Virus record (IMG/VR): IMGVR_UViG_3300031951_000028
Length of the DNA: 64,000 bases
Source: a virus
Reading direction: 5' to 3' (one strand)
Below, one piece after another: positions 36,871 through 47,607 of this stretch. Below the pieces are notes generated by a model. That model made no database searches, was not told the origin of the DNA, and saw only the letters and a program-made list of their open reading frames with translations. A program made the position numbers and the translations under genes. Position 1 is the stretch's first letter, and each line of letters begins with the position of its first letter.

Positions 36871-37851
36871 ATGGGTGTTTATGATAAAAGAAAGGCTTTT
36901 AAACCTTATGAATATCCAGAAGTTTTAGAATTTAGAGAAGCTATTAAACATTCTAGATGGGATGTAGAAGAGTTTAATTTAGAAGCAGACGCTTTTGAAT
37001 TCAATCATAAACTGAGTCAAAGCGAACAAGAGCTAATTAAACGCGCACTTCTCGCAATATCTCAAATAGAAATTGCGGTAAAAACTTTTTGGGCAAAACT
37101 TGGTGAACATTTACCTAAACCTGAATTTAATTCAGTTGGTATTACATTTGCTGAGAATGAAATAGTGCATGCCGAAGCGTATTCTAAATTATTAGAAGTG
37201 TTAGGTTTTAATAATGAATTCGACCAACTTTTAACTAATCCAGTTATTGGTGGGCGCGTTGATTATTTAACTAAATATTTAAAGAATGAAGCAGATTCAG
37301 TCAAAGAAGCATATACTCTTAATTTAACTCTCTTTTCTCTATTTATAGAAAACGTATCTCTATTTTCTCAATTTGCAATTATTAAATCTTTTTTGCAAAA
37401 TAAGAATTATTTAAAAGAAGTAGATACAATAGTTGAAGCGACCATGAAAGAAGAAACTATTCATGGTAAATTTGGAGTCTATCTTATCAATCTTATTAAA
37501 AAAGAATATCCTAAATGGTTTAATGAAGATTTTTATGAAAAGATAGAGAAAGCCTGTAAGAAAGCTTTTAATGCAGAAATGAAAATTATAGATTGGATGT
37601 TTGAAGCTGGAGAAGTAGACTCCGTTTCAAAAGAAGCTATAATTGAATTTATTAAACATAGATTTAATTCCTCTCTTAAAGATATCGGAGCTAAAGAAAT
37701 TTTTGAGATTGACGATAAAAAGTTAAGCTCATTGTATTGGATGGTTGAAGCAATTTATGCTTATACTAGAAATGATTTCTTCTGTACTCAGAGCACAAAC
37801 TACACAAAATTTAACAAATCAGTAACAATTAACGATTTATTTGATGACTAA
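36871..37851 (+). CDS. nrdB: Ribonucleotide reductase class I beta subunit
   Basis: KPYEYP, ENEIVHAEAY, IENVSLFSQF, EETIHG diiron ligands. Confidence 0.95.
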   Translation: MGVYDKRKAFKPYEYPEVLEFREAIKHSRWDVEEFNLEADAFEFNHKLSQSEQELIKRALLAISQIEIAVKTFWAKLGEHLPKPEFNSVGITFAENEIVHAEAYSKLLEVLGFNNEFDQLLTNPVIGGRVDYLTKYLKNEADSVKEAYTLNLTLFSLFIENVSLFSQFAIIKSFLQNKNYLKEVDTIVEATMKEETIHGKFGVYLINLIKKEYPKWFNEDFYEKIEKACKKAFNAEMKIIDWMFEAGEVDSVSKEAIIEFIKHRFNSSLKDIGAKEIFEIDDKKLSSLYWMVEAIYAYTRNDFFCTQSTNYTKFNKSVTINDLFDD

Positions 37852-39494
37852 TGGCAAAATTTGATTGGTATAACGACACCTCTAAAGAATTTCTCGATAG
37901 AGGTTATTTAAATAATAAGACTATTTATCAAAGAATCGATGATATAGCTAATACTGTATATCACGTTTACAATGATACCGAAGTTAGAGACAAAGTTAAA
38001 GAATATATTGAACTTGGTTATTATGTATTACCAAGCCCAGTATGGTCTAATGTAGGTACAGGTAAAGCTGCAGGCATTAGTTGCTTTAATTCATATATAG
38101 AAGATAGTGTTAAATCTATTCTACATACAGCCGCAGAGGTTGGTATGTTATGTAAAATAGGTGGTGGAACATCTGCGTATTTTGGTAATATCCGTCCAGC
38201 TGGTAGTAACATATCCGTTGGCGGAACTACTTATGGCAGTGTCCATTTTATGAAAATCTTTGATGTAATTAAGAATACTATAAGCCAAGGTTCAACTAGA
38301 AGAGGTGAGTTTGCAGCTTATCTAGATATATCTCATGGAGACATAGAAGAATTTTTAAGAATTAATCAAGAAGGACATCCTCTCCAAAGATTTCCTTTTG
38401 GAGTATGCGTATCTGATGAATGGCTAGAGAGCATGAAAAATGGAGATGCTCATAAGAGAAAAATATGGGCGTCTTTATTAGAAGCGCGAGGTAAGACCGG
38501 CTTCCCTTATATTATGTTTTCAGATACAGTAAATAATAATACTGTAGATGTGTATAAAGATAAAGGAATGAGAATATATTCATCTAATATGTGTTCTGAA
38601 ATTTTATTACCAACTAATTCCGAAGAGACGTTTGTCTGTGATTTAATTGGTATGAATTTAACTAAATATGATGAGTGGAAAAATACCGATGCCGTAAGAA
38701 TTGCCACTTATATTGCAGATGCAGTTTTAGAAGAATTTATTGAACTTTATGAAAATGAAGACTTGATTAAAAGATCAATTAACTTTGCAAAAAGACATAG
38801 GGCGCTTGGTATAGGCGCAAGTGGATATCATTCATTACTTCAAAGTAAAATGATTGCGTTTGAGAGTATGGAGGCTAAATTTTTAAATTTAGAAATGTTT
38901 AAGCATATACAAACAAATGCGTGGAAAGCCTCGAAAGAACTCGCTGAAAGATACGGTGCGCCAGAACTCCTGCGAGATTATGGCCGACGCAATACTACTC
39001 TTACCGCTATTGCTCCAAATACTTCTTCTTCTATGATTATGGGACAACATTCTCAATCAATAGAACCTTATACGGCAAATTATTATATTAAAAAATCTGC
39101 CAAAAAGAAGTTAAGTGTAAAAAATCCATACTTAGAAAAAGTATTAGATGCTAAAAATCATAATACTATGGATGTGTGGGAATCTATATTAATTAAGGGT
39201 GGCAGCGTACAACATTTACCATTTTTATCAGAGCAAGAGAAAAAGATTTTTAGAACTTTTGGAGAAATATCTCAAAAAGAGATATTGATACAAGCCAGTC
39301 AAAGACAACAATATGTTGACCAAGGGCAGTCTTTAAATCTTATGATTCATCCAAATACTTCAATTAAAGATATTAACAAGTTAATGTTGGAAGCTCATGA
39401 AATGGGGATTAAAACTTTATATTATCAATTAAGTACTAATGCGGCCCAAGAATTTATTAGAGATATATTATCTTGTGATAATTGCGCTGGATAG
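37851..39494 (+). CDS. nrdA: Ribonucleotide reductase class I alpha subunit (no ATP cone)
   Basis: SP.W.N, ISCF, GGGT, SNMCSEI, AIAPNTSS, DQGQSLN, KTLYY, C-terminal CDNC. Confidence 0.95.
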   Translation: MAKFDWYNDTSKEFLDRGYLNNKTIYQRIDDIANTVYHVYNDTEVRDKVKEYIELGYYVLPSPVWSNVGTGKAAGISCFNSYIEDSVKSILHTAAEVGMLCKIGGGTSAYFGNIRPAGSNISVGGTTYGSVHFMKIFDVIKNTISQGSTRRGEFAAYLDISHGDIEEFLRINQEGHPLQRFPFGVCVSDEWLESMKNGDAHKRKIWASLLEARGKTGFPYIMFSDTVNNNTVDVYKDKGMRIYSSNMCSEILLPTNSEETFVCDLIGMNLTKYDEWKNTDAVRIATYIADAVLEEFIELYENEDLIKRSINFAKRHRALGIGASGYHSLLQSKMIAFESMEAKFLNLEMFKHIQTNAWKASKELAERYGAPELLRDYGRRNTTLTAIAPNTSSSMIMGQHSQSIEPYTANYYIKKSAKKKLSVKNPYLEKVLDAKNHNTMDVWESILIKGGSVQHLPFLSEQEKKIFRTFGEISQKEILIQASQRQQYVDQGQSLNLMIHPNTSIKDINKLMLEAHEMGIKTLYYQLSTNAAQEFIRDILSCDNCAG

Positions 39495-39501
39495 GAGTTA
39501 T

Positions 39502-39717
39502 ATGCCAATACCAAAAAGAGAAAAAAGCGAAAAAGTCAAAAAATTCATAAGTAGATGTATGGATGACTCTGTAATGAAAGAAGAATATCCAGATATTAAA
39601 CAAAGATTTGCAATTTGTAAATCAAACGCTCAAATAGAAAATAATCTTGCTAGTGAAATAGAAGATAATTTAGAATTAAATAATATTGAAAAGGAATATT
39701 TCAATGGACAAAGTTAA
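39502..39717 (+). CDS. Conserved phage protein (MPIPK...FISRCM...EYP...QR.AIC)
   Basis: AGGAG SD; motif pattern. Confidence 0.7.
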   Translation: MPIPKREKSEKVKKFISRCMDDSVMKEEYPDIKQRFAICKSNAQIENNLASEIEDNLELNNIEKEYFNGQS

Positions 39718-40129
39718 TGCAGAAAGAGCGTATTCTTGGGAATGTCTAGGGTGCGGCGAGCAACACTTTTTTAAAGTTGATTTTGATAGTAATATAGATA
39801 ATCCTAATGCTGAAAAACATATTAGAGACTATCTTGAATTAGAAGAGTGGCAAGACATTCCAGAAAATCATGGATTAGAAGTCGCCCGTCTACCTACTGA
39901 AGTAATATGCAATAGTTGTGGAATGGCTTTTGCTATTTATTACGATGATGCATATTATGAAGATGAAGATGAGGATGAGGATGGATCAGATGATAACGAT
40001 CAATTTATCGATGAAGATGAAGATGATATTTTGGACACCTCGTACGATATTACAAGATCATCACAGGAAGATCTTTTATTTGAAGATGATGATGATAACG
40101 AGTTCGGAGAATATGAGGATGAGTCATGA
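39686..40129 (+). CDS. Zinc-ribbon protein with a very acidic C-terminal tail
   Basis: CLGC...CNSC followed by a D/E-rich tract. Confidence 0.75.
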   Translation: MKRNISMDKVNAERAYSWECLGCGEQHFFKVDFDSNIDNPNAEKHIRDYLELEEWQDIPENHGLEVARLPTEVICNSCGMAFAIYYDDAYYEDEDEDEDGSDDNDQFIDEDEDDILDTSYDITRSSQEDLLFEDDDDNEFGEYEDES

Positions 40130-40704
40130 ATTTGTCAATTAAACTTGATATGGATGGCGTAATAGCCGATTTCATTGGCGGCGTATTTAAAATCATGAAA
40201 GAAAGAAAAATGATTAAAGATACTGTCACTAAAGAAATGTGGACTGAATTTAATGCACACGGCAATTTAGGTATTACAGATTTTCAATGGCAAACATTAT
40301 TTAAAGAAATATCTTACGATTCTTTCTTTTGGTCGAAATTAGATAAAGAACCTCATTTTGATGATTTAATTAAAATAGTAAATGATTTTGATATAGATTA
40401 TGAAATAGTAACAGATGCACCGTCTATATACGCTTCTCATGGCAAACAAGTATGGTTAAGGAATCATGGTATATATAATAACATGCATACTGAAAAAAAT
40501 AAATATAAACATGCTTCGCCACACGCCGTGTTAATAGATGATAAACCACTTAATTGTGATTTATTTATTAAATATGGTGGAAAAGCAATATTATATGCCC
40601 AACCATGGAATGCAACATATAAAGGATTGGCCCCAAGATTAAGTGTAGATAATAAAGAAGAATTTATAAATATATTGCAAGGATATGAACTTGCAGCAAA
40701 ATAA
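40126..40704 (+). CDS. HAD-family 5'(3')-deoxyribonucleotidase
   Basis: LDMDGVIADF, K..WL, LIDD..N, QPWN. Confidence 0.88.
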   Translation: MNLSIKLDMDGVIADFIGGVFKIMKERKMIKDTVTKEMWTEFNAHGNLGITDFQWQTLFKEISYDSFFWSKLDKEPHFDDLIKIVNDFDIDYEIVTDAPSIYASHGKQVWLRNHGIYNNMHTEKNKYKHASPHAVLIDDKPLNCDLFIKYGGKAILYAQPWNATYKGLAPRLSVDNKEEFINILQGYELAAK

Positions 40705-40882
40705 TTTAAAATATAAACTAGTCTATATATGGTATATCTAAGTAATAATAATTGTATATTAAATAATATAAATAGTAAATTTACACTTATGTATGAAAGA
40801 ACGCCCAAAAATTATATAGATGCGATTAGATTCTTTTTTATGTTAGAGCAATGTTTAGATTATGAAATGGATTCGTTCGAAG

Positions 40883-41986
40883 ATGAAATTCCCAAAACTA
40901 TACAAAAAGACAGCGACAGGTGCGACCCAAACTTGGGAAATAGAGGTTCTAGATAATAAATTTAGAACCTACAGCGGCCAAGTAGATGGTATTATTACTA
41001 TCTCTGAATGGACTTATTGCGCTGGTAAGAATATTGGTAAGAAAAATGAAACTTCTCCAGACCAACAGGCTTATAAAGAAGCAGAAGCCAAATGGACAAA
41101 AAAACAAGAAAGGGAAACTTATGTTAAAAATATTGATGACGTAGATACATTAATTTATCATAAGCCAATGTTAGCCCATATTTACAATGATTATAAAGAC
41201 AGATTGAATTTTAAAGACGGAGTCTGGACTAATATTAAATATAATGGTGTCAGATGTATAGCAACTAAAAATGGGTTGTTTTCTAGAAAAGGAAAAGAAA
41301 TTAAAAGTTGTCCGCATATCAACCAAGCTTTAAAAGCAATTTTTGAAGAGCATCCAAATCTCATTTTAGATGGCGAATTATTTAATGATGATTTAAAGCA
41401 AAATCTTGGAGAACTAATATCCTTAGTAGCGAAGAAAGAGCCTGACCCAAAAGCAAAGGATATTGTTCAGTATTGGATTTATGATATTATTGATATTTCA
41501 AAAAACTATAATGAAAGATATTCATTCATAAAAAAATCAATAAAAGAAAATAAAATTATAAAAAAGTGCCCAAGAACTCAAGTTTCCGACTATATTAGTA
41601 TAGACCAACATTTGGCCGAGGCTGAAAAAAATGGCCAAGAAGGAATTATGGTCCGCACCAACGGTGTATATCAATGCAAGAGATCAAAACATCTTCTAAA
41701 ATATAAAAGTTTTTTTGATGAAGAATTCAAAATTATTGATATAGAAGAAGGTAAAGGTAACTTAGCTGGAATGGCTGGTACTATTATCCTTCTAGCTAAG
41801 AATGGCGAACCTTTTGGTGCGTCACCCACCGGATCTCATGAGTCTTGGTCATCAATGTGGGCAAATAGGCAAAGCTTAATAGGTAAAATGGCTACTGTTA
41901 AATACAAGGAGCTAACTCCTGTAACTAAACGGGGTGGCGGAGTGCCAAGTTTTGCCAAAGTAATATCTATAAGAGACTATGAATAA
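40883..41986 (+). CDS. ATP-dependent DNA ligase
   Basis: KPMLA, KYNGVRC, FSRKGK, LDGELF, EGIMVR, KRS..LLKYK.F.D.EF. Confidence 0.92.
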   Translation: MKFPKLYKKTATGATQTWEIEVLDNKFRTYSGQVDGIITISEWTYCAGKNIGKKNETSPDQQAYKEAEAKWTKKQERETYVKNIDDVDTLIYHKPMLAHIYNDYKDRLNFKDGVWTNIKYNGVRCIATKNGLFSRKGKEIKSCPHINQALKAIFEEHPNLILDGELFNDDLKQNLGELISLVAKKEPDPKAKDIVQYWIYDIIDISKNYNERYSFIKKSIKENKIIKKCPRTQVSDYISIDQHLAEAEKNGQEGIMVRTNGVYQCKRSKHLLKYKSFFDEEFKIIDIEEGKGNLAGMAGTIILLAKNGEPFGASPTGSHESWSSMWANRQSLIGKMATVKYKELTPVTKRGGGVPSFAKVISIRDYE

Positions 41987-42671
41987 TAAACGACAAACGA
42001 AAAAAAGCAAGCGTGTCGATGAAGCTCAAGAAAATAAAGTTGAATTAATTAAATACATTAAACCAAAAACAAGGGGTCAATATAATTACTATAAAGCTAT
42101 AGAAAATAATAGAATTGTTCTTGTAAGTGGTCCAGCAGGTACTGGAAAAACAAGCCTATCATGTTATTATGCAGCTAAGTCTTTAATAGCAAATAAGTAT
42201 AGAAAAGTAATAATCACTAGACCAGCTATTGAAGCGTGTAATGAAAATTTTGGTTTCTTAAAAGGCGATATTGATTCGAAAATTTATCCATATTTAATAC
42301 CAATTTACGAAGAATTAGAAAAGTACGTAGATAAACAAGTAGTGCAAAGGTGGAAAGCAGATAAAACAATTGAGATTGCTCCACTTGCTTTCATGAGAGG
42401 AAGAAATTTAGAATCTTGTTTTATCATTGCTGATGAATGTCAAAATATGAGTATGGAGCAATTTAAAATGATTCTAACAAGAATGCACGATGATAGTAAA
42501 ATAGTTCTATGCGGTGACTTTGAACAATCGGATTTAAAAAATAAAGGAAATGATTTCAGAACAGCTTGTGAAAGATTAGATGGTATGGAAAGTGCCGCCT
42601 ATATTAATCTAACAGACGACGATATTGTTAGAAGCAGGTTTATATCTGAAATCTTAGACAGATTAAGATAA
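41979..42671 (+). CDS. phoH: PhoH family ATPase
   Basis: GPAGTGKT, TRPAIE, GFL.G, PLAFMRGR, DECQN, LTR, GD..QSD. Confidence 0.95.
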   Translation: MNNKRQTKKSKRVDEAQENKVELIKYIKPKTRGQYNYYKAIENNRIVLVSGPAGTGKTSLSCYYAAKSLIANKYRKVIITRPAIEACNENFGFLKGDIDSKIYPYLIPIYEELEKYVDKQVVQRWKADKTIEIAPLAFMRGRNLESCFIIADECQNMSMEQFKMILTRMHDDSKIVLCGDFEQSDLKNKGNDFRTACERLDGMESAAYINLTDDDIVRSRFISEILDRLR

Positions 42672-42919
42672 TGCCTATATATTTATACAAGTGTGAGCAG
42701 TGTGATGATTCTTTTGATATTATCGCACCTATGAAAGACGCATCAGTCAAGCGCAAGTGCCCTAAGTGTAAAAGTTGTAAAACTTATAGAGATTATGCTG
42801 GAGAAAAACATCATAATTTCATTCCTCATACACTAGGGCACTTGGCTGATGTAAATGCATCAAAACTATCACAAGAAGCAAAAGATTTTAAATCAGGACA
42901 GAATAGGAAAAATGATTAA
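42671..42919 (+). CDS. FmdB-family zinc ribbon protein
   Basis: MPIYLYKCEQC...CPKC. Confidence 0.8.
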   Translation: MPIYLYKCEQCDDSFDIIAPMKDASVKRKCPKCKSCKTYRDYAGEKHHNFIPHTLGHLADVNASKLSQEAKDFKSGQNRKND

Positions 42920-44055
42920 CACTTTTTATTTTACAACAGGTAAAGAAAAATTAACAGATAATGAAAAGGTGGCATTGGCTTGTAAAGAAGTTTCGCCACA
43001 AGAAATAAGATATTATCTAAGAATTTCTATAAGAGATCATACATTGTTATCTTATGATACTATGCCGGATTTTAGAGAGAACAATATTAATTTAAATCTT
43101 ATTACAAAATGGAAGAAAGTCAGCGAAAAAGCTTTTACTCATTATATTAATTATCTGTCGAATAAACATCAACAGAATTATAGATACGCGACATTAGAAT
43201 TAACTGGAGGATAATATGACAGATAAATTAGCAAGTGAGATTTTACGTAATGTGTATAAAGGTGGAACTCTGGCAGACATTCTTAATAAAATTGGAGCTT
43301 CTGAGAAAGAAGTCTTATTAGTCTTGAATAAAACTAAGATTAATTTAGATGCTTTATTAGTAAAAGATGAGCCAAAAACTAATAGTAAAGTTGAAGAATG
43401 GGATGCTCAAAGTAGAAATCTAAAAATTGAAGCGGTCCAAAAGTTGATAGAAAAGGGTTATAATGAAGTAGTGGCGGCAAATTTAGTAGAAAAGGGTTAT
43501 GAAAATTTCATTATAGATGAAAACACTAGCTCTGACATGATCGTTAATGCCGCCCTGCTTAAAGCTAGGAAAAATGATTTAATTAGTGTAAAACCAGGAA
43601 TCGCCGTTATGAATCAGGCAGCATCTCAATTAGTAGATGCCCAGAAGAAAAATATTTCAAACAAGTCAGTTAAAGATGACGGAATCTATAAAATATGATT
43701 CTAAATATTCTCCTGGTAAAAAAGTAAGTGGCCTTAAACTAATAATAGAAATAGTATGCGAAAACAAAGCTAAAAAAGATAATAAGGAACTCCCCATTCA
43801 ATTCTGGAAAATTAAAGAGTGGGAAAATTATTATAAATCGCAGCTTCGTGCTGGTTCTAAACTATGTAAAGAATTCGGTGAAAATCGAGTTCTTTCTTTT
43901 ATAAGAAAAAATACAGTGTATTCACTGCATCCTAAATGGATTAAAGAAGCTATTGCAAAAATACCAGAAGAAAAAATACAAGAATCAAAATTAAAAATAC
44001 CAGAAACAGCAAAAGTTAAAACTAAAAAAATAGATAAATTAAAAGGTTTAGAATA

Positions 44056-45054
44056 ATGGCTAAAACCAAAAATATAGAACAAGATATTTTTAAGGAATTC
44101 GGAATAGACCCGAATAAATATTTAAATGATGTTATTACGTCAGATGATTATGCTACTTTCAGCATTTCTCCTAGGATTGATGTTACTTGTGGCGGTGGTA
44201 TAAAAGAGGGTAGTTTAGTATTAGTTTCAGGACAAGAGAAGCTAGGTAAAACTACATTATGTTTAGCCGCGGCTGCTTCTGCACAGAACCAAAAAGATGG
44301 TATTCATAGAAAAGTATATTACATAGATGTTGAGAATAGAATCCAACCAAGAGATTTAAAGGCTTTTGGTTTAAAAACAGATGAAGATAGTCTGTGTGTA
44401 ATAGGTTCTGTATCTGGCAGATTATTGTCTGCTGAAGATGTTTTTAAAATCTGTGAGAAGCTTGTATCTAATGTTAGAAATGCCGTAATAATTATAGATT
44501 CTATTTCTATGCTTTGCACAAAATCAGAAATGGATTATGATTACGAAAACCAGTTCAGGCAAGACGTGCAAAAATTAACAGCTATTTTTTGCAGGAAGAT
44601 GGCCCAAGTATTAAGACCTAGTAAAAATACTATTTTTGGTATTTTACATATGCACGCCAATCAAAATGCTAATAGTCCATATGCTCCTAAAACTATCGAA
44701 CAAGGCGGCACTAAGTTAAAATATGCGGCCAACTATCAGTTTAAATTAACTCATAAAGAAGAAGTTAAGAACGGTGATGAACATATAGGTAATAAAGTAC
44801 ATTTTAAGTGCTTATATCATCCTGGAGAGGGTCCAGCGACTACAAGTTATTTTCAGCATAGATTTGGATATGGGATAGATATTGTGAAAGAAACAATAGA
44901 ATTAGCTAAAGATATTGGCGCTATTAAGAGCGCAGGAGCTTGGTTAAAATTACCAGATGGTACACAATACCAAGGTCTGGAAAACCTAACAGAAGCTTGT
45001 CGCAATAACAAAGAAGTTTTTGATTTGATTAAAACTTCTATAGAAAATATATGA
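44056..45054 (+). CDS. recA: RecA-family recombinase
   Basis: GGGI.EG, GQEKLGKTT, YIDVE, IIDSI, GG.KLKY, GID, GAW. Confidence 0.88.
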   Translation: MAKTKNIEQDIFKEFGIDPNKYLNDVITSDDYATFSISPRIDVTCGGGIKEGSLVLVSGQEKLGKTTLCLAAAASAQNQKDGIHRKVYYIDVENRIQPRDLKAFGLKTDEDSLCVIGSVSGRLLSAEDVFKICEKLVSNVRNAVIIIDSISMLCTKSEMDYDYENQFRQDVQKLTAIFCRKMAQVLRPSKNTIFGILHMHANQNANSPYAPKTIEQGGTKLKYAANYQFKLTHKEEVKNGDEHIGNKVHFKCLYHPGEGPATTSYFQHRFGYGIDIVKETIELAKDIGAIKSAGAWLKLPDGTQYQGLENLTEACRNNKEVFDLIKTSIENI

Positions 45055-45443
45055 AATTAAATCTAATAACGTTAGATGGACACAGCTTATCTCATAAAAT
45101 TGAATCTAATATATTAACTACAAGGTCTGAGCTGCATTTAAAAGCCAGAGAATTACTTCAACAAGAATTCCCTTTTGTTTCTATATTAGAAGAAGTTTAT
45201 ATGCCTGTGTTAAAAAAGAAAAAACTTCCTTTTGATTTTTTTATTCCTAAAAATAATTTAATTATAGAAGTTCATGGCGAGCAACATTTTAAATACATTC
45301 CTTTTTATCATAAAACTAAATTCGACTATTTGCGAAGTAAAGTAAGAGATAATGATAAAAAAGAATGGTGCAATTTAAATAAGTTTAGGTTAGTTGAATT
45401 TTTATGGAATGAGAATATAGAAACATGGAAAATGAAGCTATAA
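45051..45443 (+). CDS. PD-(D/E)xK / Vsr-like endonuclease
   Basis: FDFFIP...IEVHGEQH...RD..K..WC. Confidence 0.8.
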   Translation: MKLNLITLDGHSLSHKIESNILTTRSELHLKARELLQQEFPFVSILEEVYMPVLKKKKLPFDFFIPKNNLIIEVHGEQHFKYIPFYHKTKFDYLRSKVRDNDKKEWCNLNKFRLVEFLWNENIETWKMKL

Positions 45444-45886
45444 TAGAAAAAGTTACAAAACTACATAAAGATGTTGTTGGTTTTGATAAAATAGATAAGT
45501 GCAAGCAAGAAGATATAGAAACATATCTACAATATAGTGGAGAAGATTTAAAAAATCTTTCAGAAAATGAATGCGAGCTCATCTCAATCAAAATTTTACA
45601 ACACTGCTTATTCATCCAACGAAAAGTTAATTGTATTAAAGCTGCATCTGATTGGATACAGTACGAACTCAAAAAAATCATATCAAGAGACATACAAAAT
45701 ATCAAAGGTGTTAGCTGGGAAAATGCGGAACAAATAGTTATTAATAATAATCCCACTGCATTAATGATGCAAGAAAAAATACAAAATTATAAAATAATGC
45801 TTAACACTTCATATAATATAGTTAACTTGTTAGATAATTTTTCTAAAAGAATAGATAGTATAAAATTTAGTAAAAAAGGAAGATAG
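45425..45886 (+). CDS. Helical protein, possibly a UvsY-like recombination mediator
   Basis: Helical composition and position near recA; weak. Confidence 0.35.
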   Translation: MENEAIIEKVTKLHKDVVGFDKIDKCKQEDIETYLQYSGEDLKNLSENECELISIKILQHCLFIQRKVNCIKAASDWIQYELKKIISRDIQNIKGVSWENAEQIVINNNPTALMMQEKIQNYKIMLNTSYNIVNLLDNFSKRIDSIKFSKKGR

Positions 45887-46242
45887 CATGATTAGAATGA
45901 CAGAATCTATGCTTAATAAATTAAGTAAAAAAGAATTAATACAGTTAATTCTAGATGCTCAAGAAGTAAAGGAAAAGGTTTATCCTCCTAATAAGGTTAT
46001 AATTAATGAGCCTACTCAAATAATTAAACCTACACAGACTAAGCATGGTTCACAAGTATTAGCTCAAATTGATTATGATGATGTCCCTGTCGAAGTCGAG
46101 TGGAAAGAAGGCGCAAAACCTATTCCACGACGACCTTCTGATGAAACAACGTATATTTGTCGTAGATGTACGACGAAGTTTAAAGCTAAAGCCGGACTGT
46201 TTGCTAAAGATAGAAATGAACCCATATGTAATAGGTGTATGA

Positions 46243-47607
46243 ATGGAAGTGCTGGCGGATAGTAATAGTGAACATTCCATAATTGGATGTTTAATTAAAA
46301 ATGGTCCAGATGCATTTTTTGATTCTGCAGATATGCTGTCAATTAATACTTTTACAGACATCACAAATTCATCTCTGTTTAAAATTATAAAAACTAGTTA
46401 TGAAACTGATGTTAAAGTATTAGATGCCCCATTAATTTTGTCTTTAGCTAAACAAGAGAAATTAGATACTTTTATTAAAATAAAAGATATTAAAGATAAG
46501 ATTAATACAGCTTGTGAATTATCTAGTTTACAATCTCTAGTGGCAAAAATTAGAAAGCTAGAAATAGCTAGAATTTTACATGATGAGCTTGAGAATAGAA
46601 GAAAAACAATAGAAGGTATTACTGGTGGCGAATCTATCAATAATATTTTAGCAAATATAGAATTTAATCTTGACTCATTATTTAATAATGTTAAACAAAC
46701 TAAAAAGATGGGAGATGGGTTAAAAGCTAGGCTTAAAGAATTAGCTGACAATCCAGTAACGCAAGTCGGTTTATCTACTGGATATCCAATTTATGATGCA
46801 GCTATTGGCGGCGGATTAAGAGGAGGTTCAGTTAATGTTGTGGGCGCCAGAATAAAAGTAGGTAAAAGCCATTTCTTAAATAATATAGCATTAAATACTT
46901 CGAAGAATAATATTAAAGTTCTTTATTTAGATACAGAGATGAAAACTGAAGAACAGGAAAATAGATGTGTATCTAATTTAGCTGAAGTTGATATTAACTT
47001 AATTGAAACTGGTGTTTTTGGTGAAAAAGAGGCGACCGCTGCAAAAATATATGGGGCTGCTGATAAATTAACAGAATTGCCTTATGAGCATATTAATGTT
47101 TCTGGTATGCCTTTTGAAGAGCAAATATCTATAATGTCTAGATGGTTAAGAAAAAACCAAGTAGTAAAAGATGGTAAAGTAGCAGAATGTATCATTATTT
47201 ATGATTATTTAAAATTAACTAGTTCAGACGGTATTAACTCCAATCTAGCAGAATATCAATTGCTGGGTTTTATGATTACTACTCTGCATAATTTATCTGT
47301 CAGATATGATATTCCTATTATGACGGCAGTTCAATTAAATAGAGATGGTATAGATAAAGAAAGTACTGGTGTCGCAGCTGGTTCTGATAGGATTCTTTGG
47401 TTGTGCTCTAATTTTTCTATATTTAAATTTAAATCTCCAGAAGAATTAGCATTAGACCCAATAGAAAATGGGAATAGAAAATTAGTTATTATGGCTGCGC
47501 GACACGGACCTGGCCTAAGTGAATTTGATTATATCAATTTCTTATTAGATACATATAAATGCAAATTAATGGAAGGAAAGCTCAGGTCTCAGAATGTTAA
47601 AAAATAA
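46243..47607 (+). CDS. dnaB: Replicative DNA helicase
   Basis: GLSTGY..YD...GGG, GARIKVGKS, DTEM, YDYLKL, VQLNR, ARHG. Confidence 0.92.
   Translation: MEVLADSNSEHSIIGCLIKNGPDAFFDSADMLSINTFTDITNSSLFKIIKTSYETDVKVLDAPLILSLAKQEKLDTFIKIKDIKDKINTACELSSLQSLVAKIRKLEIARILHDELENRRKTIEGITGGESINNILANIEFNLDSLFNNVKQTKKMGDGLKARLKELADNPVTQVGLSTGYPIYDAAIGGGLRGGSVNVVGARIKVGKSHFLNNIALNTSKNNIKVLYLDTEMKTEEQENRCVSNLAEVDINLIETGVFGEKEATAAKIYGAADKLTELPYEHINVSGMPFEEQISIMSRWLRKNQVVKDGKVAECIIIYDYLKLTSSDGINSNLAEYQLLGFMITTLHNLSVRYDIPIMTAVQLNRDGIDKESTGVAAGSDRILWLCSNFSIFKFKSPEELALDPIENGNRKLVIMAARHGPGLSEFDYINFLLDTYKCKLMEGKLRSQNVKK

Noticed and set aside
39918-40142. Met/Lys-rich + strand ORF
   Set aside because: Alternative-frame reading of the GATGAA repeats encoding the acidic tail of 39686-40129.
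41230-41260. KYNG instead of KxDG in DNA ligase motif I as a sign of inactivation
   Set aside because: KxNG variants occur in active nucleotidyltransferases and all other motifs are intact.
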